Below, one piece after another: positions 8,812 to 16,049 of a DNA stretch of 64,000 nucleotides. Under the pieces are notes generated by a model. It was given only the letters and a program-made list of their open reading frames with translations, ran no database searches and was not told the DNA's origin. A program made the position numbers and the translations under genes. The DNA is taken from the IMG/VR virus record IMGVR_UViG_3300008448_000001, positions 62,001 to 126,000 of that record; one strand, written 5' to 3'. Each line of letters opens with the position of its first letter. Positions within the stretch are counted from its first letter, which is position 1.

Positions 8812-8908
8812 TTCCTCGATGCAGTAGCGATATACGGCGAAGCACAGGAGCGAGCAAACGATGTGAACTCACTGAAATCTCATCGGGAGGCAACAGCCTA
8901 AGTTGCGA

Positions 8909-9019
8909 GGATCGGCGGCGTGGTTACACGCTCGACGGAGGAGGAGGGAACCGGCCTTAGGCCGACCGACACGCGAAAGCTGGTAGTGCGTTCCGCAGGT
9001 GCGAACCCTGCCCGATCCT
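8909..9019 (+). ncRNA. tRNA-like element 5 (purine-rich insert)
   Basis: GGATCGG/CCGATCC, D-stem GCGTG/CACGC, T-arm GCAGG-TGCGAAC-CCTGC, 3' T-run. Confidence 0.8.
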
Positions 9020-9230
9020 TTTAAAAGCAAGTTCGGCAATCACGCCTTGAGTAAGCGTGATGTTAAGGCGGTATGCGACAACGCTCTTGGGAGTCTAACC
9101 GAACCAAAACAAGTAGTTCTTTTACGGAACGAACGGAAGCGGTGAGAAAAGACGCAACACCCTAATCAAGTGATGACGACCGACATTGGAAAGCGTGACT
9201 GCGAACCCGACAGCCGGAGTGACGGCAAAT

Positions 9231-9302
9231 GCGCTGGAAGTGACTGTGGTGGCACGCTCGGGGTTTAGCCGGGAAGCGTAGGTTCGAATCCTACCTAGAG
9301 CA
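9231..9302 (+). tRNA. Degenerate tRNA (nominal UUU anticodon, non-canonical loop), element 6
   Basis: Acceptor GCGCTGG/CTAGAGC with one mismatch, anticodon stem CTCGG/CCGGG, loop GG-TTT-AG (lacks U33), T-arm GTAGG-TTCGAAT-CCTAC. Confidence 0.55.
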
Positions 9303-9305
9303 TTA

Positions 9306-9406
9306 GAACAGGCCGCGACAAGGGGCAACTTGTCAGAAGAAACGAGCAAAACCTTTTGTGAGAGACTTCCCGGAAAACGAGTGGGTCGTAAAGCCCACCC
9401 TGTTCT
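9306..9406 (+). ncRNA. Divergent tRNA-like element 7
   Basis: Terminal stem GAACAGG/CCTGTTC stacked on hairpin GTGGG-TCGTAAAG-CCCAC. 5' hairpin GACAAG/CTTGTC. 3' T-run. Confidence 0.55.
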
Positions 9407-9457
9407 TTTAAATCACTTGGAACGTTCATTCGAACTTTCCGCTTTGAAAGGGTTATT

Positions 9458-9703
9458 ATGGCAGATGTATTGGGTCGAATAGGCGTCGGCATGGCCATGC
9501 TTGGGAAACCCGGCGAGTCAAATGAGCTCAAAGCGGTTTCATTGTTTTGGCCCAAGGCTGAACCCGTGACAGATGATCCGGAAGATCCGGTCAATTTCGA
9601 AGATCTGTTCCTAACGATTCCTTGCGCAAAAGAATTGATCTTGGATCTGCAAGGTGCGATCAACGCCTTGATCGAAGGAAAAGCTTTTAACGCTGAAGAC
9701 TAG
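9458..9703 (+). CDS. Small hypothetical protein
   Basis: 81-aa ORF with upstream GAAAGGG. Confidence 0.6.
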   Translation: MADVLGRIGVGMAMLGKPGESNELKAVSLFWPKAEPVTDDPEDPVNFEDLFLTIPCAKELILDLQGAINALIEGKAFNAED

Positions 9704-9825
9704 GCTTTTATCCCTTTTAGTTTTCTTGTTGTTCGTCTTGCAGCTTATCGTCGTTAGGCTTGCGATGTACCGTGTCGTGGAGCAACGGCTGGACATAAAA
9801 GCGGATTTAAAGACTACGGAGGTAC

Positions 9826-10524
9826 TTGATGCGGCTGCCCCTTTATGATGTTGTTGATCTTGGAACAAAGAAAGGCGGAGCCTTGGTCGAGTTCTTTAAA
9901 CGAGCTTGTCTGGTCACTTTCGGCGTTGACCCTTCGCCTTGGCAACGCAGTAGAAGCATTGGCTTTGAGCGAAAGGCGGGCGAAGGCTACTGTAACAACG
10001 TAGTTCGAGCAGGTTTCAGATTTGCCATTGCGGATTTGGCCACCGAAGAGGGGCTCGCAAATCTTCCAAAAGGGAAATACTACCTCGCTTGGCATTTCTT
10101 AGAACATCTTCCCAGCAAGCAGCACTCCGATGCGGCGGTTAAGCGTGCTTTAACGCAGGCAGAAAAGGCAGCGTGGTTTCGGTTGCCAAGCTTCGAACAG
10201 GATGAGCTACAAGGGGAAGGCGTGCTCCGGAAGCACGGCATGCGGTTCACTTGGACAAACTGGAACGGCCACACGTCCCCTTACTTGCTTAGCGACTGCT
10301 TAAAAGCGATTGAAGAGTGGGGTGCAGCTAACCCGAAGAAACGTTACCAGGTGCGGGTTAAACCCGCTCGGCGTATGCTCTCTATGCGAGACGACCGGAT
10401 TGTGCCAATCGACGCACCAGTGGACACTCGCGCGTACTCTCCGGCTTTTGGCCCCAAACCCGATTTGACTTTCAGCCAGCCCGTCGTTGCGGAGTGGGAA
10501 GTCATTGTGCAAATGATGGGCTAG
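9826..10524 (+). CDS. Class I SAM-dependent methyltransferase-like protein
   Basis: Motif I-like VVDLGTKKGG, then GVD and AWHFLEHLP (motif IV-like). Confidence 0.6.
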   Translation: MMRLPLYDVVDLGTKKGGALVEFFKRACLVTFGVDPSPWQRSRSIGFERKAGEGYCNNVVRAGFRFAIADLATEEGLANLPKGKYYLAWHFLEHLPSKQHSDAAVKRALTQAEKAAWFRLPSFEQDELQGEGVLRKHGMRFTWTNWNGHTSPYLLSDCLKAIEEWGAANPKKRYQVRVKPARRMLSMRDDRIVPIDAPVDTRAYSPAFGPKPDLTFSQPVVAEWEVIVQMMG

Positions 10525-10541
10525 GGTTAAAGTTTGTTCCC

Positions 10542-10685
10542 GGATCGGCGGCATGGCGTATCCATGACGCAGTACGGCAAAGCGTTATCTCGCAATCGGC
10601 GAAACCCTGTTAGGACACGGCGGCAGGGAGAGTCGGTGCCATCGTGAAGCGAGAATGCAGCAGGTAACCAAGCCTGCCCGATCCT
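10542..10685 (+). ncRNA. tRNA-like element 8 (isolated copy between genes)
   Basis: GGATCGG/CCGATCC, D-like hairpin CATGG/CCATG, T-arm GCAGG-TAACCAAG-CCTGC, 3' TTTT. Confidence 0.75.
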
Positions 10686-10733
10686 TTTAAGTTTGAATCC
10701 AGCAACAAGCGGCGAGGCCGAAAAGGGGTCGAA

Positions 10734-11006
10734 GTGACACACGAAGGACGCACAAGCGGTTGGGACATTCGTTTGCAATGCACAATATGCGGTTTCCGCT
10801 CGAGGTCAAATCGATACGAGGGCGATCCTCCAATGGGGCACGAGCCACCAGCAACTGTCGAGCGTGATTGCTCCAACTGCGACGCGGAAGCGAACTACCC
10901 CGAGGGCGGAGTCAAGACGGTGCATTTTGTCGATATCGCAAGCGACGCCGAGATTTCGGAAGAGCGATACAATGGATACAACCAACGGCCAAAGTGTGGT
11001 CTGTAA
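10734..11006 (+). CDS. Small zinc-ribbon protein
   Basis: CTIC…CSNC pairs. Flanked by an 18-nt direct repeat with one mismatch. Confidence 0.55.
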   Translation: MTHEGRTSGWDIRLQCTICGFRSRSNRYEGDPPMGHEPPATVERDCSNCDAEANYPEGGVKTVHFVDIASDAEISEERYNGYNQRPKCGL

Positions 11007-11032
11007 GTTTCACACAGCGGCGAGGCCGCAAA

Positions 11033-11057
11033 GCAGGTTTGAAGCCTGCCCGATACT
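11033..11057 (+). ncRNA. 3' half (T-arm plus acceptor strand) of a tRNA-like element
   Basis: GCAGG-TTTGAAG-CCTGC-CCGATAC-TTTT. No matching 5' strand found nearby. Confidence 0.5.
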
Positions 11058-11085
11058 TTTGTTTGTTTTACTTAGGAGATTGGTT

Positions 11086-11469
11086 ATGGCTATCAAAAAC
11101 ATTCCGGATGGTTGGGAGTTTGCGGGAGTTGGAAAGGTTAAGCGGGGCGAGTTTTATTTAAGCGAAGAAGGTCGTGCGCATGAGTGGACAGCAAGTGCCG
11201 AAAGCGGCTTCGTTAACTACGTCATTATCCACAAGGTCGAAAAGCCGAAGCGGTACCGCCCGTTCAAGGATACGGTAGAGTACATGCCACATCACGGCAG
11301 ACCTATTCGTAGAAGAGGCGGAAGAGGATTCGACGTCATTGTCAGTGCAGCGGATTTCACTTTGTTTGTTGCAAATGGCGACAAGATCATAGAGGTGGAC
11401 CTGCAACAGGCCTTTGATAACTGGGAATTCGTCGACGGAACCCCCTTCGGCGTTGAGGTGACGGAATGA
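11086..11469 (+). CDS. Hypothetical protein, paralog A
   Basis: SD AGGAG before ATG 11086. IPDGWE…YRPF…DGTPFGVEVTE shared with 11704..12069. Confidence 0.75.
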   Translation: MAIKNIPDGWEFAGVGKVKRGEFYLSEEGRAHEWTASAESGFVNYVIIHKVEKPKRYRPFKDTVEYMPHHGRPIRRRGGRGFDVIVSAADFTLFVANGDKIIEVDLQQAFDNWEFVDGTPFGVEVTE

Positions 11470-11703
11470 TCGACGCCAAGCAGTTGCACGAAATCCTGGC
11501 GGATTTTGATCCTACGCAAAAGCACAAAGTCTACTGAGCAAGTCAGCATTGTTCCCGATCCTTTTTGTCGCGACTCGCAAGAGGTCGACTATAGCGGCGG
11601 TAATTCAGAAGCGAACAAGGCGAAGCCTTTAAGGCAATATGGACACGGTTTCGAGTACCAGTTAACCTCGCGACTTTTTTGTTTGTTTTTACCTGGGAGA
11701 TTG

Positions 11704-12069
11704 ATGATGCAGATTGAAGGAATACCGGACGGGTGGGAGTTGGTGAGGTTTGATTACGCCACAGATGGTGAGCGGTACTTAGATGGAAGCGGGGACATTG
11801 TGCATCACCTCGGTGCAAAGCCAACGCAAGCAAAGCGGTTAATTATCCGCAAGATCGAAAAATACCGCCCGTTTGCGAATACTGCGGAAGCGGAAGTCAT
11901 GTGGGATGCAAAGCTGCAACTCAAGGAACATAGCGATGATAAGTTTAGGGTTACTGCGATTCGTGTGACTGGCGTTGTTATCGGTGCATCGTGGTATAAC
12001 TACGAGGAGGCTTTTGAAAGGTTCGAGTGCGTCGACGGAACCCCGTTTGGCGTTGAGGTGACAGAATGA
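11704..12069 (+). CDS. Hypothetical protein, paralog B
   Basis: SD GGGAG. Same N- and C-terminal motifs as paralog A. Confidence 0.75.
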   Translation: MMQIEGIPDGWELVRFDYATDGERYLDGSGDIVHHLGAKPTQAKRLIIRKIEKYRPFANTAEAEVMWDAKLQLKEHSDDKFRVTAIRVTGVVIGASWYNYEEAFERFECVDGTPFGVEVTE

Positions 12070-12317
12070 GCGATGACAAGTGTGACAGGGCGTTTGTTTA
12101 CAAATGCAGACTTTGCGGAGAACTAGAAGCAAGTGCGTTTATCTACGCTAATAAGTACGAGGTTATGCAAATAATCGCCGACGTGAACTTCAAGAGCGTC
12201 CACGTAGATAAAGTTCACCTGGGAATGAGAGTCAACTTAACCTGTATGCACTTCTGCGAAGATGGTGGAGTTGGCATTTCCGATTTTCAAGGCATTAAGG
12301 TAAAGGACTCAGAATGA
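12066..12317 (+). CDS. Small Cys/His-containing protein
   Basis: ATGA overlap with the upstream gene. CRLC and HFC motifs. Confidence 0.65.
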   Translation: MSDDKCDRAFVYKCRLCGELEASAFIYANKYEVMQIIADVNFKSVHVDKVHLGMRVNLTCMHFCEDGGVGISDFQGIKVKDSE

Positions 12318-12394
12318 GCGAGCAGCTTTTGCATTGTGCTGTGGTACTTCTTGCTTTGTGTTTCTTTTTTAGTTTTCTTCAAAAGGTGTAGTTA
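12314..12394 (+). CDS. 26-aa membrane peptide (MSEQLLHCAVVLLALCFFLVFFKRCS)
   Basis: ATGA overlap. Fills the gap exactly and forms one hydrophobic helix. Below the ORF-track cutoff. Confidence 0.45.
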
Positions 12395-12395
12395 A

Positions 12396-12695
12396 ATGTC
12401 GATTTACGAACAACTGATTTCAGCGGATGCCAACCGCCAAGGCGGGTACGATAGTTTTTCCGCCCCACTTTCGGCCAGCCCGGGAACACGGGAGATGCAT
12501 GATGTTTCCATTGTAGCGGAATGGCTGGACAGCTTGCCGCGAGCAGATATCTGTTCAGCGGGTGATGACGACGAGTTTAGCTTAAAGCCGGTTGCTGTGA
12601 TCGGTATTGACGAGGGGAAAGGTTCCGACCACACCGTCACTAGCGTTGTAGACGAGCAGTCGGGCGAAGCTTCTTCGCGTTCCGAGTCGCTTTAA
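12396..12695 (+). CDS. Acidic hypothetical protein
   Basis: ORF track, tightly packed with neighbours. Confidence 0.55.
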   Translation: MSIYEQLISADANRQGGYDSFSAPLSASPGTREMHDVSIVAEWLDSLPRADICSAGDDDEFSLKPVAVIGIDEGKGSDHTVTSVVDEQSGEASSRSESL

Positions 12696-12712
12696 CACCT
12701 TGGGGTGAGTAG

Positions 12713-13075
12713 ATGGATAAGAAGCTCGAGGATATGCTTAAGAGCCAGGTCAGCGAGCAATTCATGCGAGGCATGGTTGCCAGGATGGAAATGTCTTACT
12801 TCAAGTACGGGGACTTGAAGGACGCATATCCGGAAAAAATAGACGCCATGGAGTGCTTGCGACAAAGGCTCGAGCAATACGAAAAAACGAAGAACACGGA
12901 ATGCTTGATTGATGCAGCGAATTTCTGCATGATCGAGTTTATGTTCCCAGGGTTAGAGGGGGCTTCTTTTGTTCCGACAGATAGCGACCAATCCCCAGGG
13001 AGAGTGACGACGCTCGGAACGATTACGGATAGACCGAATGTGGTCAAGTATGTTTACGGTAGAGAAGGTGATTGA
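12713..13075 (+). CDS. Conserved-looking phage protein, possibly an all-alpha nucleotide pyrophosphohydrolase-like fold
   Basis: SYFKYG…NTECLIDAANF motif. The fold assignment is tentative. Confidence 0.5.
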   Translation: MDKKLEDMLKSQVSEQFMRGMVARMEMSYFKYGDLKDAYPEKIDAMECLRQRLEQYEKTKNTECLIDAANFCMIEFMFPGLEGASFVPTDSDQSPGRVTTLGTITDRPNVVKYVYGREGD

Positions 13076-13089
13076 AAGGAAGGTAAGTG

Positions 13090-13293
13090 ATGGAAAAGAT
13101 TGATGATGGTGGGCCAGCGTTTCCTGGCGACGCAATCGGAAGGCGAGGCATGAGCCTACGCGACTGGTTAGCGGGGAAAGCGATGGAGGGAATGCTCGCA
13201 TGTTCAAAAACAACCGGCAGCAAAAAAGACATCGCATACGACGCATATAGTCAAGCCGATGCTATGATTGCTGAAAGCAAGAAAGGTAAGTAG
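13090..13293 (+). CDS. Small widespread phage protein (GGPAFP…GMSLRDW family)
   Basis: DDGGPAFP, GMSLRDWLAGKAM and AYSQADAMI motifs. Confidence 0.8.
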   Translation: MEKIDDGGPAFPGDAIGRRGMSLRDWLAGKAMEGMLACSKTTGSKKDIAYDAYSQADAMIAESKKGK

Positions 13294-14109
13294 ATGACTG
13301 AAGACGCGAAGTACAATGAGTTGGTTTACTTGGATCTGCTCGCAAACGTTTTGAAGCGTGGGACAAGGAGAGAGGATAGGACGGGGACAGGTACGATAAG
13401 TATCTTTGGAGCACAGGCGGTTTACGACCTGTATGACTCTTTCCCGTTGCTTACGACCAAGCGTGTACCGTTTAGACACGTGGCGGAGGAGCTGTTCTGG
13501 TTTCTTAGGGGGGAGACGAATGTGAGGTCACTACAGGCCAAAGGTGTCTCAATTTGGGACGAATGGGCTGACGAGAATGGTGACCTTGGGCCGGTCTATG
13601 GCAAGCAGTGGCGAGACTTCAATGGCGTAGATCAAGTTTCTCTAATACAAAACCAGATTATTGACAATCCGAATTCCAGAAGAATTTTGCTAAGTTCTTG
13701 GAATCCGCCGGAAATTTCCGCCATGGCTTTACCGCCGTGCCACACGCTGGTGCAGTTCTACGTTTCGCCGCGGTTCAACAAACTGCATCTGGATTGCCAG
13801 TTGTATCAGCGGAGTGCCGACATGTTTTTGGGTGTGCCTTTCAACATTGCGTCCTATTCCTTGCTGACTGTTTTACTGGCGAAAACCGCTAAGCTGCTAC
13901 CGGGTCGTTTTATCCACACCCTGGGCGATGCGCACATTTACCTCAACCATGTCGAGCAAGTGGAAACGCAACTTGCTCGCGAGGTTGGCAGACCTCCGGT
14001 CCTTGGCGTCAGGACGTCACGGCCTAACGTTTGGGAGTACGTGTACAACGATCTTGTGTTGGAAAACTATCACCCACAACCGGCTATTGCCGCAAAGGTC
14101 GCGGTCTGA
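13294..14109 (+). CDS. thyA: Thymidylate synthase
   Basis: DRTGTGT, FPLLTTKRV, LGPVYGKQWR, catalytic MALPPCH, YQRSADMFLGVPFNIASY, GDAHIYLNH. Confidence 0.98.
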   Translation: MTEDAKYNELVYLDLLANVLKRGTRREDRTGTGTISIFGAQAVYDLYDSFPLLTTKRVPFRHVAEELFWFLRGETNVRSLQAKGVSIWDEWADENGDLGPVYGKQWRDFNGVDQVSLIQNQIIDNPNSRRILLSSWNPPEISAMALPPCHTLVQFYVSPRFNKLHLDCQLYQRSADMFLGVPFNIASYSLLTVLLAKTAKLLPGRFIHTLGDAHIYLNHVEQVETQLAREVGRPPVLGVRTSRPNVWEYVYNDLVLENYHPQPAIAAKVAV

Positions 14110-14117
14110 GGCTGAAT

Positions 14118-14789
14118 ATGCTTTTAAAGCACATTGTGGTTGGCTGGCACCGGGGCGGTTTGGGTTATGCCGGCCAGTTCCTTGAAGGTTGCGGTAAGTC
14201 CGTCGGCTACACTTTCGGACCGGACTTTACCCGCAGTCAGATGGAAGAGAAGCTCGAACAAGCCAGGGAGATAGAAGTATCCCCCTGGCTTGTTCCGTAT
14301 CTGGGGCATCCGCTGCTGAAAGATGTCCCGGTGACCTTTCTGCTGCGGGACCCGATGCGTGTGTTTAACAGCTTGAAGCACTTGGGGCATTTCCAACTGA
14401 ACCACAGGACGCAGGTCGAATGGTTTGCGTTCGGTCACATGCCCGATCTGGCTACGGCGTATCGTGGAAAGCCACTACAGGCGGTTGTTGCTTATCTAAC
14501 CGGCTGGCTCAAGCTTGCCAAACAGCTCGCACCGAGCTCAAGGCTACTGCAGGTAGAGGAGTTTCCTTATTCCGCTGCGTCGCATTTTGGGTGCAATGCT
14601 CGTTTTGTCCCTTACTTGGAGCCCACGGTGAACGCGTCGGAAACCTGCCAGGTGTTCACGCCAGGTCGTTTGCCGGAAAAAGTGCGAGAACCGATGCTGC
14701 AGCTTTTAAAGAAGACGGGTTACATGTACAGTATACCGGCTCCGTACGCTGGCCATCCGCATTTCATGAACACTGACTGGCACCTTTAA
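14118..14789 (+). CDS. Sulfotransferase-like protein
   Basis: N-terminal IVVGWHRGGLGY (degenerate 5'-PSB loop) and LLRDPMRVFNS (3'-PB motif). Confidence 0.5.
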   Translation: MLLKHIVVGWHRGGLGYAGQFLEGCGKSVGYTFGPDFTRSQMEEKLEQAREIEVSPWLVPYLGHPLLKDVPVTFLLRDPMRVFNSLKHLGHFQLNHRTQVEWFAFGHMPDLATAYRGKPLQAVVAYLTGWLKLAKQLAPSSRLLQVEEFPYSAASHFGCNARFVPYLEPTVNASETCQVFTPGRLPEKVREPMLQLLKKTGYMYSIPAPYAGHPHFMNTDWHL

Positions 14790-15976
14790 TGGAAACAATT
14801 CGTGTAAGCCGCTTCATGCCGCAACGTGCCCACCGCTGGGAGCGTTCGGCGTATCTTTGGTCCGAGCAAACCAACAAATACCTCTCGGATTACCGCATTG
14901 AGGTGAATCCGAACTCCAACGCTCCTTGCGACGTTCTGCTTTTCCCGCACCCGCATTACCCGGGCAAGGAGTTTGCGGCTTATTCCTTTACGGCGCCGTT
15001 GGGTGTCGACTACCGTGGCGAGCTCGATTTCCAAACCACGCCGATGATTCTTGACAGCTCTGCGGATTACCCTTACCTGACCCCGGAGCTGCTTTCGATC
15101 CTTGCAATGCCAAACGTACGGCACTATGTCCACGGCGTAGCTTACAGGGATCCGGCGGTACACCGGCGTCGCATGATTGGCAACGAGTACCATGCTCACG
15201 TTTACCAGCAGCGTTTAGTTTACAACACTGGGCCGGACATACGACCGAACAGGCCGGAAATAGCCCCGGAGATCTGGGCTAAGGTTGCACCGCTGATTCG
15301 ACCACCGACGAGACCCTTTACTGATGAGGTGTTCGAGTACATCCAAAAGCGAAGCCGGCCTTTGAAGGAAAGAAGCTTGGACATCTCGTTCAGTGGGCGA
15401 GTGACCTACGCCAAGAGTGGGACCTATTCCGTGCCGACGATGCACCGAAGACGGCTTAAACGCATGTGGGACAGCCTTCCGGGGAAAAACAAGTTCTTCT
15501 TGAGTTATGACGACGGGCGGGGGACAACCAGCGACGGGAAACCGATTCAAACGCTTAAGTACCCATACGAATACGTCGACAAGCTGCTTGACACCAAGGT
15601 TGTAATCAGTCCTTGGGGTTTTTCGGCTTGGTGTATCCGAGACCTCGAAGCACTGGCTTGTGGGTGCCTTGTCATAAAGCCGGAGTGCAGCAGCGTTCTT
15701 TTGCAGGCGGACATTTACAATCCGGCAGCAAACCTCATGATCTGGTGCGACGTGCAGTTCAACAACCTTGCTGAACAGCTCAACTACTGCTATTCGCACC
15801 TGCCACAATTGCAGGAAAGAGCAGAAAGAGGCAAAAAATTAATCTTTGATACGTACTACCCTAACGACAAGCTGTACCGAAGCTGGACGCAAAGCATGCG
15901 ATCTTTGCTGGAAAGCGCGGTGGAGAAGCCGGCTTATTCTACGTTTGCAGGAGAATTTGAAGCGGTTTACGTTTAG
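14789..15976 (+). CDS. GT-B glycosyltransferase-like protein
   Basis: DISFSG, YVDKLLDTKVVISPWG, RDLEALACGCLVI. Confidence 0.7.
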   Translation: METIRVSRFMPQRAHRWERSAYLWSEQTNKYLSDYRIEVNPNSNAPCDVLLFPHPHYPGKEFAAYSFTAPLGVDYRGELDFQTTPMILDSSADYPYLTPELLSILAMPNVRHYVHGVAYRDPAVHRRRMIGNEYHAHVYQQRLVYNTGPDIRPNRPEIAPEIWAKVAPLIRPPTRPFTDEVFEYIQKRSRPLKERSLDISFSGRVTYAKSGTYSVPTMHRRRLKRMWDSLPGKNKFFLSYDDGRGTTSDGKPIQTLKYPYEYVDKLLDTKVVISPWGFSAWCIRDLEALACGCLVIKPECSSVLLQADIYNPAANLMIWCDVQFNNLAEQLNYCYSHLPQLQERAERGKKLIFDTYYPNDKLYRSWTQSMRSLLESAVEKPAYSTFAGEFEAVYV

Positions 15977-16049
15977 TGTATAGTTCGTCGAGCCTTTTGA
16001 TTAAAATACAGGCATCAACCTTAGCTTCGCAAAACCGGAGAGCAATGGA

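Noticed and set aside
8320-9349. Short ORFs over the RNA array (8320, 8366, 8454, 8542, 9122)
   Set aside because: No clear RBS or protein-like features, and they cross RNA stems. They are better explained as non-coding.
8167-9406. CRISPR array interpretation of the repeated CCCGATCCTTT
   Set aside because: Repeat spacing is irregular, the repeats pair with upstream GGATCGG as tRNA-like stems, and no cas genes are in the window.
10864-11703. Long N-terminal extensions of ORFs 10864 and 11506
   Set aside because: The extensions run through RNA-like elements. Paralog alignment and SD sites place the starts at 11086 and 11704.
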